Positions 9,065-17,361 of a stretch of 64,000 nt of DNA are shown in pieces. Location: the IMG/VR virus record IMGVR_UViG_3300029868_000018. The stretch is one strand, 5' to 3'. This DNA is from a virus. Position numbers and translations under genes: made by a program. Numbering within the stretch: the first letter of the stretch is position 1; every line of letters starts with the position of its first letter. Under the pieces are notes generated by a model. The model did not search any database, was not told where the DNA came from, and saw nothing but the letters and a program-made list of their open reading frames with translations.

Positions 9065-10924
9065 ATGAAAAAGTTATTTATTATACTCGCAGTATTATTT
9101 ACAGGACTATTAAGCGCTCAAATTACTACAAAAGTCGATGTTATTACAGTCGAAACATTAGGAGTTTCTACGGGGACAGACGAGATTGTTACTCGGAACG
9201 GTGCTAATCAACTTTCAGACTCAGGACTTACCGTAGATGATATTACCCCATACACAGGGTTAGAAGCTGTAGATGAAGGTCAAGGAATCGGTTATAGATT
9301 AAAAGATAGAGCGCCTAGAAACTCAGGTTTAGGAGGTGTAGATTTAAGTTTTTTCAGTAGCGGTTCAACCAATAAAGGGGCAAGTGGAGACTATTCGTTT
9401 GCGTCAGGAGAAAGTGTTTGGGCTTTAGGAGATCATTCGGCAGCTATAGGTAGAGGTGTTATCACCGCAGGAGAGATTTCTTTTGGCTCAGGAGAAAGTG
9501 TAGAAGCTCCTTCTTTTGCTGAATTTTCAATCGGAATGAACCCGCTTACATATACAGCAAGTTCGTCTACGGCTTGGGTTGGTACAGACAGGATATTCAA
9601 TATAGGTAACGGAAATGGCGCTAACTCAAATGTAGTTACGGTACTCAAAAACGCAGAGATAACATTTCAATCCACAACAGCAACAGAAATAGATAGCGCA
9701 GGTGATTTTTCTGCCATTACTAGAAAATATTATTACGACAATTTACCCTTAGATAATGAAGTTATAATTAATGACGCTTCTGATTTTCCTGCTGCCGTTG
9801 CGGGTGTAATAGAGTTAGTTCCTTTTAGTGGTGCTGCTATTACTTACACTATTGCAGGAAAAAATATTGATATGGGAAGTGATAGATTTACTGTTACAGA
9901 TGGTGATATTGTTATGAAAGGAAACCATAGAACAGAATCAACACTTACAACTACAAACGCAACAGTATTCTTTACAGTTGTAGATGCCGCTTTCTTTCCT
10001 GAATTTATAGGGTTCGATTGCTCTGCCGCTACTGTAATAGATTTTAGTACTCCCGTAGAAACTTTTAAATCACTCACTTTAGATAATGTTATTATAAGGG
10101 ATTGCGACGAGATAGCTGTTATAGACGGAGCGTTTACAACTTCATTAAGGACTCTTAGCGTAGTAACTACTCAGTCAGGAGGCATTACTTGGACAGGAGC
10201 GGATAATGGTCAAATAAATATATCACAAATGCTAGGTATTGATTGGACAGGCACATTACTCGACTTAGGAACAGCAACTTTTGATATTATCAATATAGGT
10301 ACAGGGAACAGGTTTATATCACCATCAGGAACTACTATTTTAAGCGGTGCTGCTGCAAGTGCTAACTTAACAGCTACAGGTAGGGGATTGGTAACTAACA
10401 ATCTGTTTAACGGTTTAGGTACTGCTTTAGGTGGTATCGATACAATGGATTTAAAGTGGAATTTTATTGGCAATACTTTTGTAGACGGAACAACTTTAAA
10501 TTCAAGAGAAGTATCGGATGCGTTTTTGACAGCTAGCACAACAGCTACAATAGGATCTATAGGTGTTTATGTAGCGGTTGGAGGGGTTAATTGGAGTAGT
10601 GATATAAGCGACAGGTTTACAGTTTCAACAGCAGGATTAATTACGTATATAGGATTAAAAAATATAGAGGTTGCTATTAGCGGACATTCTACGGTTGAGA
10701 AAGATGGTGGCGGTACTGATAAAATATGTACTAAAATAGCAATTAACGGCACTGTAGTAGATAAAACAATTAGCTGTACAGAAAACGCCACAGCTACGGG
10801 GGTGGCTTCAATAGGATTGTTCACATTGTCAACAGGCGACACAATACAATTATTTACAGGAAACGAAGGCAGTACGGCTGATGTTATAGCAAGTGAATCT
10901 ACAATATTAGTAATAGGAGGATAA
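9065..10924 (+). CDS. fibre/adhesin-like protein with YadA-head-like repeats and a signal-peptide-like N-terminus
   Basis: 619 aa. N-terminus is MKKLFIILAVLFTGLLSAQ. Repeats of type GASGDYSFASGESVWALGDHSAAIGRG..SFGSGES. Gly/Thr-rich C-terminus. Confidence 0.6.
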   Translation: MKKLFIILAVLFTGLLSAQITTKVDVITVETLGVSTGTDEIVTRNGANQLSDSGLTVDDITPYTGLEAVDEGQGIGYRLKDRAPRNSGLGGVDLSFFSSGSTNKGASGDYSFASGESVWALGDHSAAIGRGVITAGEISFGSGESVEAPSFAEFSIGMNPLTYTASSSTAWVGTDRIFNIGNGNGANSNVVTVLKNAEITFQSTTATEIDSAGDFSAITRKYYYDNLPLDNEVIINDASDFPAAVAGVIELVPFSGAAITYTIAGKNIDMGSDRFTVTDGDIVMKGNHRTESTLTTTNATVFFTVVDAAFFPEFIGFDCSAATVIDFSTPVETFKSLTLDNVIIRDCDEIAVIDGAFTTSLRTLSVVTTQSGGITWTGADNGQINISQMLGIDWTGTLLDLGTATFDIINIGTGNRFISPSGTTILSGAAASANLTATGRGLVTNNLFNGLGTALGGIDTMDLKWNFIGNTFVDGTTLNSREVSDAFLTASTTATIGSIGVYVAVGGVNWSSDISDRFTVSTAGLITYIGLKNIEVAISGHSTVEKDGGGTDKICTKIAINGTVVDKTISCTENATATGVASIGLFTLSTGDTIQLFTGNEGSTADVIASESTILVIGG

Positions 10925-10946
10925 TATAAAATTAAAGCTTATAATT

Positions 10947-11177
10947 ATGAAAATGTTAGAAGAAGAATCGGGAAAAACATCAGTAAAAAGAGTTTGGGGA
11001 AGTATAATTATGCTTGTCCTTCTTCTTATTTTTTGTTGGAAAGAATGGCATAATCTAACTGTACAAAACTTGGAGGTTTTTAAATATTTCTTAATAATAG
11101 CCTGTATTTTACTTGGTTTAGATATTCTGAAATACCTAAAAGCCTTTGGGTCATTAAAAGACAAGGATCCTAAATAA
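10947..11177 (+). CDS. small membrane protein (2 TM)
   Basis: 76 aa with two hydrophobic helices. Last gene of the rightward block. Its stop overlaps the convergent gene by 8 nt. Confidence 0.55.
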   Translation: MKMLEEESGKTSVKRVWGSIIMLVLLLIFCWKEWHNLTVQNLEVFKYFLIIACILLGLDILKYLKAFGSLKDKDPK

Positions 11178-11508
11178 GTATATAACCCACAACGTCACCT
11201 ACTTTGTAGATATTATTTAATTCATCTCTTAATTCGCTAAAATCCTTTCTAGTCCTATCCAACAATCCCTGATAGAAGTGAGGGGTCATATAAATTGACA
11301 TAAATATAACTTCCATATTTTCAGAAAGTATTGTCGGTTTTAAATTCAGATCCTTATTGCCTATATCTTCAGAGCAGGAAACAGGGCCTATTTTATCTTT
11401 TTGGAATGTTTTACGCCCGTCGTCGTATTTTACTTTGTATTTAATTGAGAAGAATGTAAATTCAATCTCGGTAGCAATTAAGCCAATCTTTTTTTTAGGT
11501 TTTGACAT
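11170..11508 (-). CDS. hypothetical protein (inverted two-gene cassette)
   Basis: 112-aa track ORF on the minus strand. Overlaps its upstream partner by 31 nt. Confidence 0.55.
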   Translation of the reverse strand: MSKPKKKIGLIATEIEFTFFSIKYKVKYDDGRKTFQKDKIGPVSCSEDIGNKDLNLKPTILSENMEVIFMSIYMTPHFYQGLLDRTRKDFSELRDELNNIYKVGDVVGYILI

Positions 11509-11840
11509 TTTTTATAGTGTTCAAACATTCGGGGCATTAAGTGTAATGGAGGATAATTGTATATAACGCTAAAATTAGCCATATTATTCAAGTAACTTTC
11601 GTGCTGTTTTGCTTCTCGTTCCTTTTTCAGTTTTTTATTGAAATTAAGGATCTCAAACACTTTTTCTTGAGAATAAGTAAACAATAAAGGCTCAAAATAA
11701 TACAGTCGTTTGTAGTATTTTGGCTTCATATAGTAAATGATATTAGGGCCTAGTTCTTTTTTCTTTAACTCATACGTTTCTATTTTCGTGTCAAAGATTT
11801 TATTTCCGTCTATCAAAAAACCATACTTTATTTTGCTCAT
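11478..11840 (-). CDS. hypothetical protein (inverted two-gene cassette)
   Basis: 120-aa track ORF with a minus-strand TAACTTTG box 57 nt upstream. Confidence 0.55.
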   Translation of the reverse strand: MSKIKYGFLIDGNKIFDTKIETYELKKKELGPNIIYYMKPKYYKRLYYFEPLLFTYSQEKVFEILNFNKKLKKEREAKQHESYLNNMANFSVIYNYPPLHLMPRMFEHYKKCQNLKKRLA

Positions 11841-11896
11841 TTAAAATATAAATATTTCCATTACTTCCATTTTATAAAAGCCGTGTAATTACAAAA

Positions 11897-11904
11897 CAAA
11901 GTTA
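11897..11904 (-). promoter_or_regulatory. -7 promoter box TAACTTTG for the leftward cassette
   Basis: The minus strand reads TAACTTTG (TAnnTTTG) upstream of the ATG at 11840. Confidence 0.4.
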
Positions 11905-11921
11905 GTTATTTTTTTAATATG

Positions 11922-11953
11922 TTTGGTAGTTAAATATAATGTACTTACATTTG
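11922..11953 (+). promoter_or_regulatory. consensus Bacteroidota promoter TTTG-N20-TACATTTG
   Basis: TTTG at 11922..11925, a 20-nt spacer, TACATTTG at 11946..11953, and the ATG 21 nt downstream at 11975. Confidence 0.6.
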
Positions 11954-11974
11954 CAATACTTATTATTAGAAATA

Positions 11975-12166
11975 ATGGCAAAAAGAAATACAAAATCAAC
12001 ATCGAAAAACGAAAACATAATTACTCGTTGCGATAAAGCGTTTAAAGACGATGCGACTAAATTCGCTAAATCTTTAGGTGATATTGGATTATCGGGACTT
12101 GTAAGATTATCTATTAACGAAAAAATGAAAAAAGAAAAATGGCAAGCTCAAAACAAAAAAGTATAA
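11975..12166 (+). CDS. small basic protein (ribbon-helix-helix/Arc-like guess)
   Basis: The track ORF starts at 11939, inside the promoter. The in-frame ATG at 11975 gives MAKRNTKSTSKNENIITRCDKAFKDD.., 63 aa. Confidence 0.55.
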   Translation: MAKRNTKSTSKNENIITRCDKAFKDDATKFAKSLGDIGLSGLVRLSINEKMKKEKWQAQNKKV

Positions 12167-12498
12167 AAATCAGAAAACACAACCTGATTCAGACTAGGAG
12201 AGAGAACGTTTTTAAGGATTGGAAACTTAAAATATGTAAGTGGATGCGAATACCCGTACTACACAGGTATCAGTTTATTTACCAAGTCGAATATTATTCG
12301 GGAAAAATACAAAAAGGAGACGTTCTTATTAATTTACAAGGTGTAGCTTTTGCGGTTATGTCGGCAGGGCAAGGAATGGCAACAATCATGTCTCACGATC
12401 CTAAAAGCGAGCAACCGAGAATGACAGGAGCCTTCGGTATAATTGACTCGAAACAGTACGACAAAAAAGAAAACGAAACTAAAACAGATAAAAAATAA
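12139..12498 (+). CDS. hypothetical protein
   Basis: 119-aa track ORF. The start is uncertain: it overlaps the upstream gene by 28 nt, and there is an alternative ATG at 12244. Confidence 0.5.
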   Translation: MASSKQKSIKIRKHNLIQTRRENVFKDWKLKICKWMRIPVLHRYQFIYQVEYYSGKIQKGDVLINLQGVAFAVMSAGQGMATIMSHDPKSEQPRMTGAFGIIDSKQYDKKENETKTDKK

Positions 12499-12500
12499 TT

Positions 12501-12878
12501 ATGCAAGTTGAAGGAAAAGTTAAAGTAATAGGAGAAACTCAAACCTTTGGGTCTAATGGATTCAGAAAAAGAGAGATAGTGGTGACTACCGAAGAAACGT
12601 ACCCGCAAGATATAATGATTGAATTTGTTCAAGATAAATGCGACTTGCTCGACAGTTGCAATGTTGGGCAAGATGTAAAAATAAGCATTAACTTAAGAGG
12701 TCGCTGTTGGTTGAATCCGCAGGGTGAAGAAAAATATTTTAACTCAATTCAAGGTTGGCGTATTGAAAACGTAAATGGATCTGCTTCAAGCGACGATATA
12801 CCTCCAATGCCTCCCGCAGATGCTTTTGAACCTGCAAACGACTTAGACTCTAAGGAACACGATGACCTTCCTTTCTAA
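12501..12878 (+). CDS. single-stranded DNA-binding protein, DUF3127-type OB fold with an acidic SSB tip
   Basis: 125 aa. MQVEGKV..FGSNGFRKRE..VTT is typical of the Bacteroidota DUF3127 family. The C-terminus EHDDLPF resembles the SSB tip D-D-D-I-P-F. Confidence 0.7.
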   Translation: MQVEGKVKVIGETQTFGSNGFRKREIVVTTEETYPQDIMIEFVQDKCDLLDSCNVGQDVKISINLRGRCWLNPQGEEKYFNSIQGWRIENVNGSASSDDIPPMPPADAFEPANDLDSKEHDDLPF

Positions 12879-12905
12879 TTAACTGATTATCAATGCGTTA
12901 TACAA

Positions 12906-13316
12906 ATGAACAACTACGGCAATTTAATTTTTGGTTGGAAAGACGGGGAGAGAAGCTTAAAGTTTCTTGAGAACGAAAACGGGAGTCATTATATGATTCC
13001 CTTAGACAACGGAGGTGTTGTTTATGCGACTAGATGGAGACTTTTAGAAGAATATAATAATAAATCAAACTATATGGAAGCGATTAAGAAATTTACAGGT
13101 ACAGTCCTTTTTAAAGGATTTAAAGTAGTATTTATTATTGTCGCTGTAGTGGTGTTTTTAGCGCTTGTCGGAACTTGGCTTTATTGCTACCGTACAGACG
13201 ATTACACTCTATTTAGTTTGTATTGGAGAGATTTTAAAGAGAGTTGGGGTATAATATTATCGATATATATAGCTGTTTCTTTAGGGTTTTCAATGCTTAT
13301 TAATTTCGATAATTAA
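12906..13316 (+). CDS. membrane protein (2 C-terminal TM)
   Basis: 136-aa track ORF. Hydrophobic segments VVFIIVAVVVFLALVGTWLY and IILSIYIAVSLGF. Confidence 0.6.
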   Translation: MNNYGNLIFGWKDGERSLKFLENENGSHYMIPLDNGGVVYATRWRLLEEYNNKSNYMEAIKKFTGTVLFKGFKVVFIIVAVVVFLALVGTWLYCYRTDDYTLFSLYWRDFKESWGIILSIYIAVSLGFSMLINFDN

Positions 13317-13353
13317 GTTGTAAATTAGCAACTAATCACTAAATCAAATAGTT

Positions 13354-13512
13354 ATGGCAATTACATACGCAACAAGGGCAGCAGCAGTAACCGCTTCAAA
13401 AGGTAAAGGGGTTCATAAAATGCCTAATGGCAAATGGATGGTTGGAAGCAAACACCCGACGACAAAGAAGAAGAAAGCGGGATCTAAAAAAAGTAAAGGA
13501 AGGGGTTATTAA
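13354..13512 (+). CDS. small basic protein (52 aa) not in the ORF track
   Basis: ATG 13354 to TAA 13512: MAITYATRAAAVTASKGKGVHKMPNGKWMVGSKHPTTKKKKAGSKKSKGRGY. It fills the gap between neighbouring genes. Confidence 0.5.
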   Translation: MAITYATRAAAVTASKGKGVHKMPNGKWMVGSKHPTTKKKKAGSKKSKGRGY

Positions 13513-13514
13513 TT

Positions 13515-13763
13515 ATGAAGAAGTTACTTGAAAATCTAGAAAACTATTCAATATATAGAGGGCTTATAATAATGTTTATGGTGTTTTCAATAACACTTCT
13601 TTTTGTCTTTGTTTTAGAGTTTTTAATAGCGTTATGGGATAATGAAATCCCTGTTCTTTTAGAAGAATATAAACAAAGGTTCTTTGCTATTTGGAAGAAG
13701 GTAATAGCTTTATACATAGTAACATCGTTAATGTTAGCTTTTTTTATTAGAAGCAGAAGTTGA
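13515..13763 (+). CDS. small membrane protein (2 TM)
   Basis: 82-aa track ORF with two hydrophobic helices. Confidence 0.6.
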   Translation: MKKLLENLENYSIYRGLIIMFMVFSITLLFVFVLEFLIALWDNEIPVLLEEYKQRFFAIWKKVIALYIVTSLMLAFFIRSRS

Positions 13764-13918
13764 AAATAATCAAGATACACGACAGTCTTTATAGAGTTTA
13801 CAACAACGATAGATGCAAAGATGTTTGGGTAATTGGAAAAGAAATACAGTTGCCTAAAACGGAAGCAGACGCGCTTTCTCCTACTGAGACACAAGCAATA
13901 GAAATGGAAATATTTTAA
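13760..13918 (+). CDS. possible 52-aa ORF with a TTG start
   Basis: Open frame KIIKIHDSLYRVYNNDRCKDVWVIGKEIQLPKTEADALSPTETQAIEMEIF fills an otherwise empty 165-nt gap. It has no ATG. The TTG at 13760 overlaps the upstream stop. Confidence 0.35.
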   Translation: MKIIKIHDSLYRVYNNDRCKDVWVIGKEIQLPKTEADALSPTETQAIEMEIF

Positions 13919-13928
13919 AACACAGATA

Positions 13929-14186
13929 ATGGAAAAGTACATTTTATTTATTCAAGACTTATTAATTAGAATAGCAAAAACGCAAGATTATAGCGGGTTA
14001 GATAGTTTGAAGCTAAATCACCATAGCGGTAAAGATTATTGGACAATCGATTTTGTTTTTTCTAGCGGAAATTCTAAATATACAGATTGCGTAGTTTTTT
14101 ACTTGAAAGAAGACAGTTTTAAAGAAGAAGAAATCTTTGCAGACTTTGATGAAATTTTAGCGAAAGCTAACCCTTTTTTAAAGTAA
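13929..14186 (+). CDS. hypothetical protein
   Basis: 85-aa track ORF, co-oriented and tightly packed. Confidence 0.6.
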   Translation: MEKYILFIQDLLIRIAKTQDYSGLDSLKLNHHSGKDYWTIDFVFSSGNSKYTDCVVFYLKEDSFKEEEIFADFDEILAKANPFLK

Positions 14187-14190
14187 GATA

Positions 14191-14526
14191 ATGGAAAACG
14201 CAAAAAACATATTTGAAGAAATAATAAATTCTTTCAACGGAGCTTTATCTAAAGAAAGAAACAGAATATCCTTTACGCTAGAAACTAAAGGCGGTGATTT
14301 AAAACCTAAAACCCATGGTGTTTTAGAGAAAAAACTTACCATTTTTAGAGGCGACAATAAGGTTGTCTTTTTTAACGAAAAAACAAATGTTCACTTTGTA
14401 TATTCTATAACAAAATATAACAACACTATTGAGGATATAGTTTTTGCAAATGCAATAAAAGCTTTATTTTTAGAAGGTATCGATAGTTTTCAAAGAAATG
14501 CAGAGGAACATGACATTAGAAATTAA
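14191..14526 (+). CDS. hypothetical protein
   Basis: 111-aa track ORF, co-oriented and tightly packed. Confidence 0.65.
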   Translation: MENAKNIFEEIINSFNGALSKERNRISFTLETKGGDLKPKTHGVLEKKLTIFRGDNKVVFFNEKTNVHFVYSITKYNNTIEDIVFANAIKALFLEGIDSFQRNAEEHDIRN

Positions 14527-14776
14527 ACCTATATCGACAAAGCTTAGTGAAAATATCAAAAACCATTTAGAGGCTTTAGAATTTATTTCTGAATTAGCGA
14601 AAGAACAGGCGGGAAGTAGTATTTGTCCCGATCACGATAAAGACTGTCAAAGCATGAGTAATGAAAAAGCTACTTGGTGTTATACAGGTTGTCAAGGACA
14701 CTCTTGTAGTCCTGATCCTAATAACTCACTTGGTACAGCAAAAGGATATTGCCCTATAATACATAAAGCTAATTAA
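14498..14776 (+). CDS. Cys-rich small protein
   Basis: 92-aa track ORF (alternative ATG at 14510). Seven Cys in CPDHDKDC..WCYTGCQGHSC..YCP. Confidence 0.55.
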   Translation: MQRNMTLEIKPISTKLSENIKNHLEALEFISELAKEQAGSSICPDHDKDCQSMSNEKATWCYTGCQGHSCSPDPNNSLGTAKGYCPIIHKAN

Positions 14777-14778
14777 TT

Positions 14779-15033
14779 ATGACACCTACAGAGATAAAAG
14801 CGGAAGCTAAAGCTACAGAGCTAAAGGATTTTTTCGTTCATATAGTTTACCCGTATTCAGGAAGCGGGTTTATGACCGATACAGCAGATAATTCGGTGAT
14901 TTTGATGAACTGCGTAAAGTGTGCCGTTAAAATAGCTGACGAAATGATTGAAGAATTATCTGTAATAAAAGGAATGGGTAAAATACATAAGCTAAAGTTT
15001 TGGAAATTGGTGAAAAAATACTTGGAGGAATGA
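14779..15033 (+). CDS. hypothetical protein
   Basis: 84-aa track ORF. Confidence 0.6.
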   Translation: MTPTEIKAEAKATELKDFFVHIVYPYSGSGFMTDTADNSVILMNCVKCAVKIADEMIEELSVIKGMGKIHKLKFWKLVKKYLEE

Positions 15034-15263
15034 CAGGGACAGGAACGGAAATTGAAATAAGTATTTATTCAAAAGACGAATTTCAGTTAAAAGGGCTTGG
15101 GGTTTTTACGCCTTCTGAAAATAATCTTTGGGAAAAAAGAACTTTTTGGAAAGTCGATTACGCTTATGTAAATATGGATAACAAAAACCATACAACATTT
15201 TGGATTGGCGATGAAAGTTTTGTAAGCAACATTACATATAAAGAATTTATAAAATTATTTTAG
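15030..15263 (+). CDS. hypothetical protein
   Basis: The track ORF starts at 15000. The ATG at 15030 overlaps the upstream stop (ATGA) and follows GGAGG, giving 77 aa. Confidence 0.55.
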   Translation: MTGTGTEIEISIYSKDEFQLKGLGVFTPSENNLWEKRTFWKVDYAYVNMDNKNHTTFWIGDESFVSNITYKEFIKLF

Positions 15264-15266
15264 TAA

Positions 15267-15392
15267 ATGATTGACGGATACTATTTCGATATACCTCAAG
15301 AAGACGTAGCTAAAGCTATTCAAGATGTTATAGACTTGCAAGTAGCGGAATTTTATTTTATGTATTTTAAAACCCCTTTTAATAATGATTGA
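15267..15392 (+). CDS. 41-aa ORF not in the track
   Basis: ATG 15267 to TGA 15392 (MIDGYYFDIPQEDVAKAIQDVIDLQ..). Overlaps the next start by 8 nt. Confidence 0.4.
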   Translation: MIDGYYFDIPQEDVAKAIQDVIDLQVAEFYFMYFKTPFNND

Positions 15393-16011
15393 TTCTAAGA
15401 TTTGCAAAGGCGTAGGCAAAGCAGCAGGTAGCGGTTGCGGTAAAATGGTAGCTGTAATAAAATACGGTAAAGCAAATAGAAAGTTCGGATTAGGTTTAGA
15501 TTGCAGATGTTACAGTACTTGGCTTCAAACGACCGATGTGGGTAAGGAGCTTTTAAGCAAGCACACATTAAACGCCACAAAAACTACTAGGGAATTTAAG
15601 GAATTTGAGAAGGAGGAAAAAACAAGAAAATCACTTAGTTGGCTGTTAAAAAACACCGTTATAGCTTGTCATGAATACATTAGATTAAGAGATAAAGGAA
15701 AAGCCTGTATTAGTTGCCAAGAGCCTTATAACTCAGGACACCAAGCAGGACACTATTACAAAGCTGAAAAATTTAGCAACATTAAGTTTAATGAATTTAA
15801 TATAAACGGGCAATGTGTTGGCTGTAATATTCGGAAAGACGGAAACGAAAGCGAGTATAGGGTACATCTTCCTAAAAGGATTGGGCTTGAAAACGTACAG
15901 GAATTAGATCGGCTTTCTAAAGAATATAAAATATTAGGCTTTAAATGGGATAGGGAAAAGCTGATTGAAACAAGAAAGTATTATTTGACGAAAATTAAAG
16001 AATTGAAATAA
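15385..16011 (+). CDS. ninG: NinG/Rap-like recombination endonuclease family protein
   Basis: 208 aa. CISCQE..GHQAGHYY..E.N.NGQCVGCN..GN..EY matches the lambda NinG family signature as I remember it. Confidence 0.65.
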   Translation: MIDSKICKGVGKAAGSGCGKMVAVIKYGKANRKFGLGLDCRCYSTWLQTTDVGKELLSKHTLNATKTTREFKEFEKEEKTRKSLSWLLKNTVIACHEYIRLRDKGKACISCQEPYNSGHQAGHYYKAEKFSNIKFNEFNINGQCVGCNIRKDGNESEYRVHLPKRIGLENVQELDRLSKEYKILGFKWDREKLIETRKYYLTKIKELK

Positions 16012-16163
16012 TGCCTGATAACGACACAACACCTTATTGCTATAAGCATAAAGAATATATGACTTGGGATAAAAATGTACTGGATTATTTTTGTTGGAGT
16101 TGTGGTGAATATTTAGAAGTGATCCAACAGGAACATAAGAAGGTAACAGACTTAAAAAAATAA
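16011..16163 (+). CDS. 50-aa zinc-ribbon-like ORF not in the track
   Basis: The ATG overlaps the upstream TAA (TAATG). MPDNDTTPYCYKH..FCWSCGEY has four Cys/His ligand candidates. Confidence 0.45.
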   Translation: MPDNDTTPYCYKHKEYMTWDKNVLDYFCWSCGEYLEVIQQEHKKVTDLKK

Positions 16164-16166
16164 GCT

Positions 16167-16430
16167 ATGGTAACATTAATTATATGTTGTGTTTTAGGAT
16201 ATGGATTATTAGTTAATTGGAAAACAATTCAATCTTACTTTAAGAGTAAAAAACCAAAGTCTAAAGCTGACGTTGGCATTGGGACAGGTATGGTTGGCGG
16301 TTTTACTTCTTCAATCTTTTGGAACATAGAGTCAGTTAGAGCTAGGAGAGACGCTGAAAAAGCTATTGATGATTTTAGAAAACAGGAGCTTAATAATCCA
16401 TTTAAAAATATAGACGATAAAGATGCCTAG
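16167..16430 (+). CDS. small membrane protein
   Basis: 87-aa track ORF with an N-terminal TM (VTLIICCVLGYGLLV). Confidence 0.6.
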   Translation: MVTLIICCVLGYGLLVNWKTIQSYFKSKKPKSKADVGIGTGMVGGFTSSIFWNIESVRARRDAEKAIDDFRKQELNNPFKNIDDKDA

Positions 16431-16608
16431 AGAATTAATCGGAAACCAAGAAGATAAAGATCCGCAATATCTGTATTACCCTAACGGAGTGACAAAGAAA
16501 GCTGTTTTGGTGCATATTTTAAAGAGTGGCGATTGTCCGAGTTGTTGGGAGAAGCTAGAAAATCACTTTACAGACGGGCAAAAAGTTTATAAAAGAATAA
16601 TGGAATGA
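16423..16608 (+). CDS. hypothetical protein
   Basis: 61-aa track ORF. Overlaps both neighbours. Confidence 0.5.
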   Translation: MPRELIGNQEDKDPQYLYYPNGVTKKAVLVHILKSGDCPSCWEKLENHFTDGQKVYKRIME

Positions 16609-17102
16609 TGTGTTTTGTAATAGAGGATGATTTATTAGATTTAGAAAGAGCGAATGATATGCTTAAAATTCCTGCGGTAAGTTATGACTTCGTGACTTCA
16701 ATGTGCGGGGAGTTTATAAATTCAGGACTTCACAGAAGCGTTTTTCATTATGCTTTAGATGAGAAGTATGTTATCAAAATAGAGCCGCTAAACACTAACC
16801 AAAACACTATTGAGTGGATGATGTGGAACGAAATACAGCACCTTCAAAATGAATTAGCTTGGGTTAAAGATTGGTTTGCTCCTGTAAAATGGATTTCTCC
16901 AAACGGAAGAATATTGGTAATGAGAAAAACAATACCTCAGTCTAAGGCAGAGAAAAAACTACCAACTAAAATACCTAAATTCCTTTGGGATATAAAGCAT
17001 AATAATTTTGGTTGGATTGGAAAGAATTACGTTTGTCACGATTACGGGCAATTTTATAATATGATTAGTTATAATAAACAAATGATTAATCCGACATGGT
17101 AG
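16605..17102 (+). CDS. minimal protein-kinase-like fold protein
   Basis: 165 aa. Gly-loop-like SGLHRSVF, beta3 Lys in YVIKIE, catalytic-loop-like WDIKHNNFG (D.K..N), DFG-like HDYG. Confidence 0.45.
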   Translation: MMCFVIEDDLLDLERANDMLKIPAVSYDFVTSMCGEFINSGLHRSVFHYALDEKYVIKIEPLNTNQNTIEWMMWNEIQHLQNELAWVKDWFAPVKWISPNGRILVMRKTIPQSKAEKKLPTKIPKFLWDIKHNNFGWIGKNYVCHDYGQFYNMISYNKQMINPTW

Positions 17103-17127
17103 ATGAATATAAAACTTTACACACATA

Positions 17128-17361
17128 ATGGAAAGACCAAAACTACAAGACTTTAACAGCTATAAAAGCCCAAACACCAAGAAGCTTGCGCATACGCTTG
17201 CTATGGAGAATTACATCGATTATTTAGAAAAGCTACTTAAAGTCACCGAAGAAAATTTAGAAGACCAACACAGGGTTATCGATGAAATACCCGAATGTAA
17301 AACACATGGAAGGTGCATACCTCATGCTATTGATTGGATTAAAGATAAAAAACAGAAATAA
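17128..17361 (+). CDS. hypothetical protein
   Basis: 77-aa track ORF. Confidence 0.6.
   Translation: MERPKLQDFNSYKSPNTKKLAHTLAMENYIDYLEKLLKVTEENLEDQHRVIDEIPECKTHGRCIPHAIDWIKDKKQK

Noticed and set aside
13544-13942. 132-aa minus-strand ORF
   Set aside because: It overlaps the plus-strand membrane-protein gene 13515..13763 and breaks the co-directional gene order. A short plus-strand ORF explains the remaining gap better.
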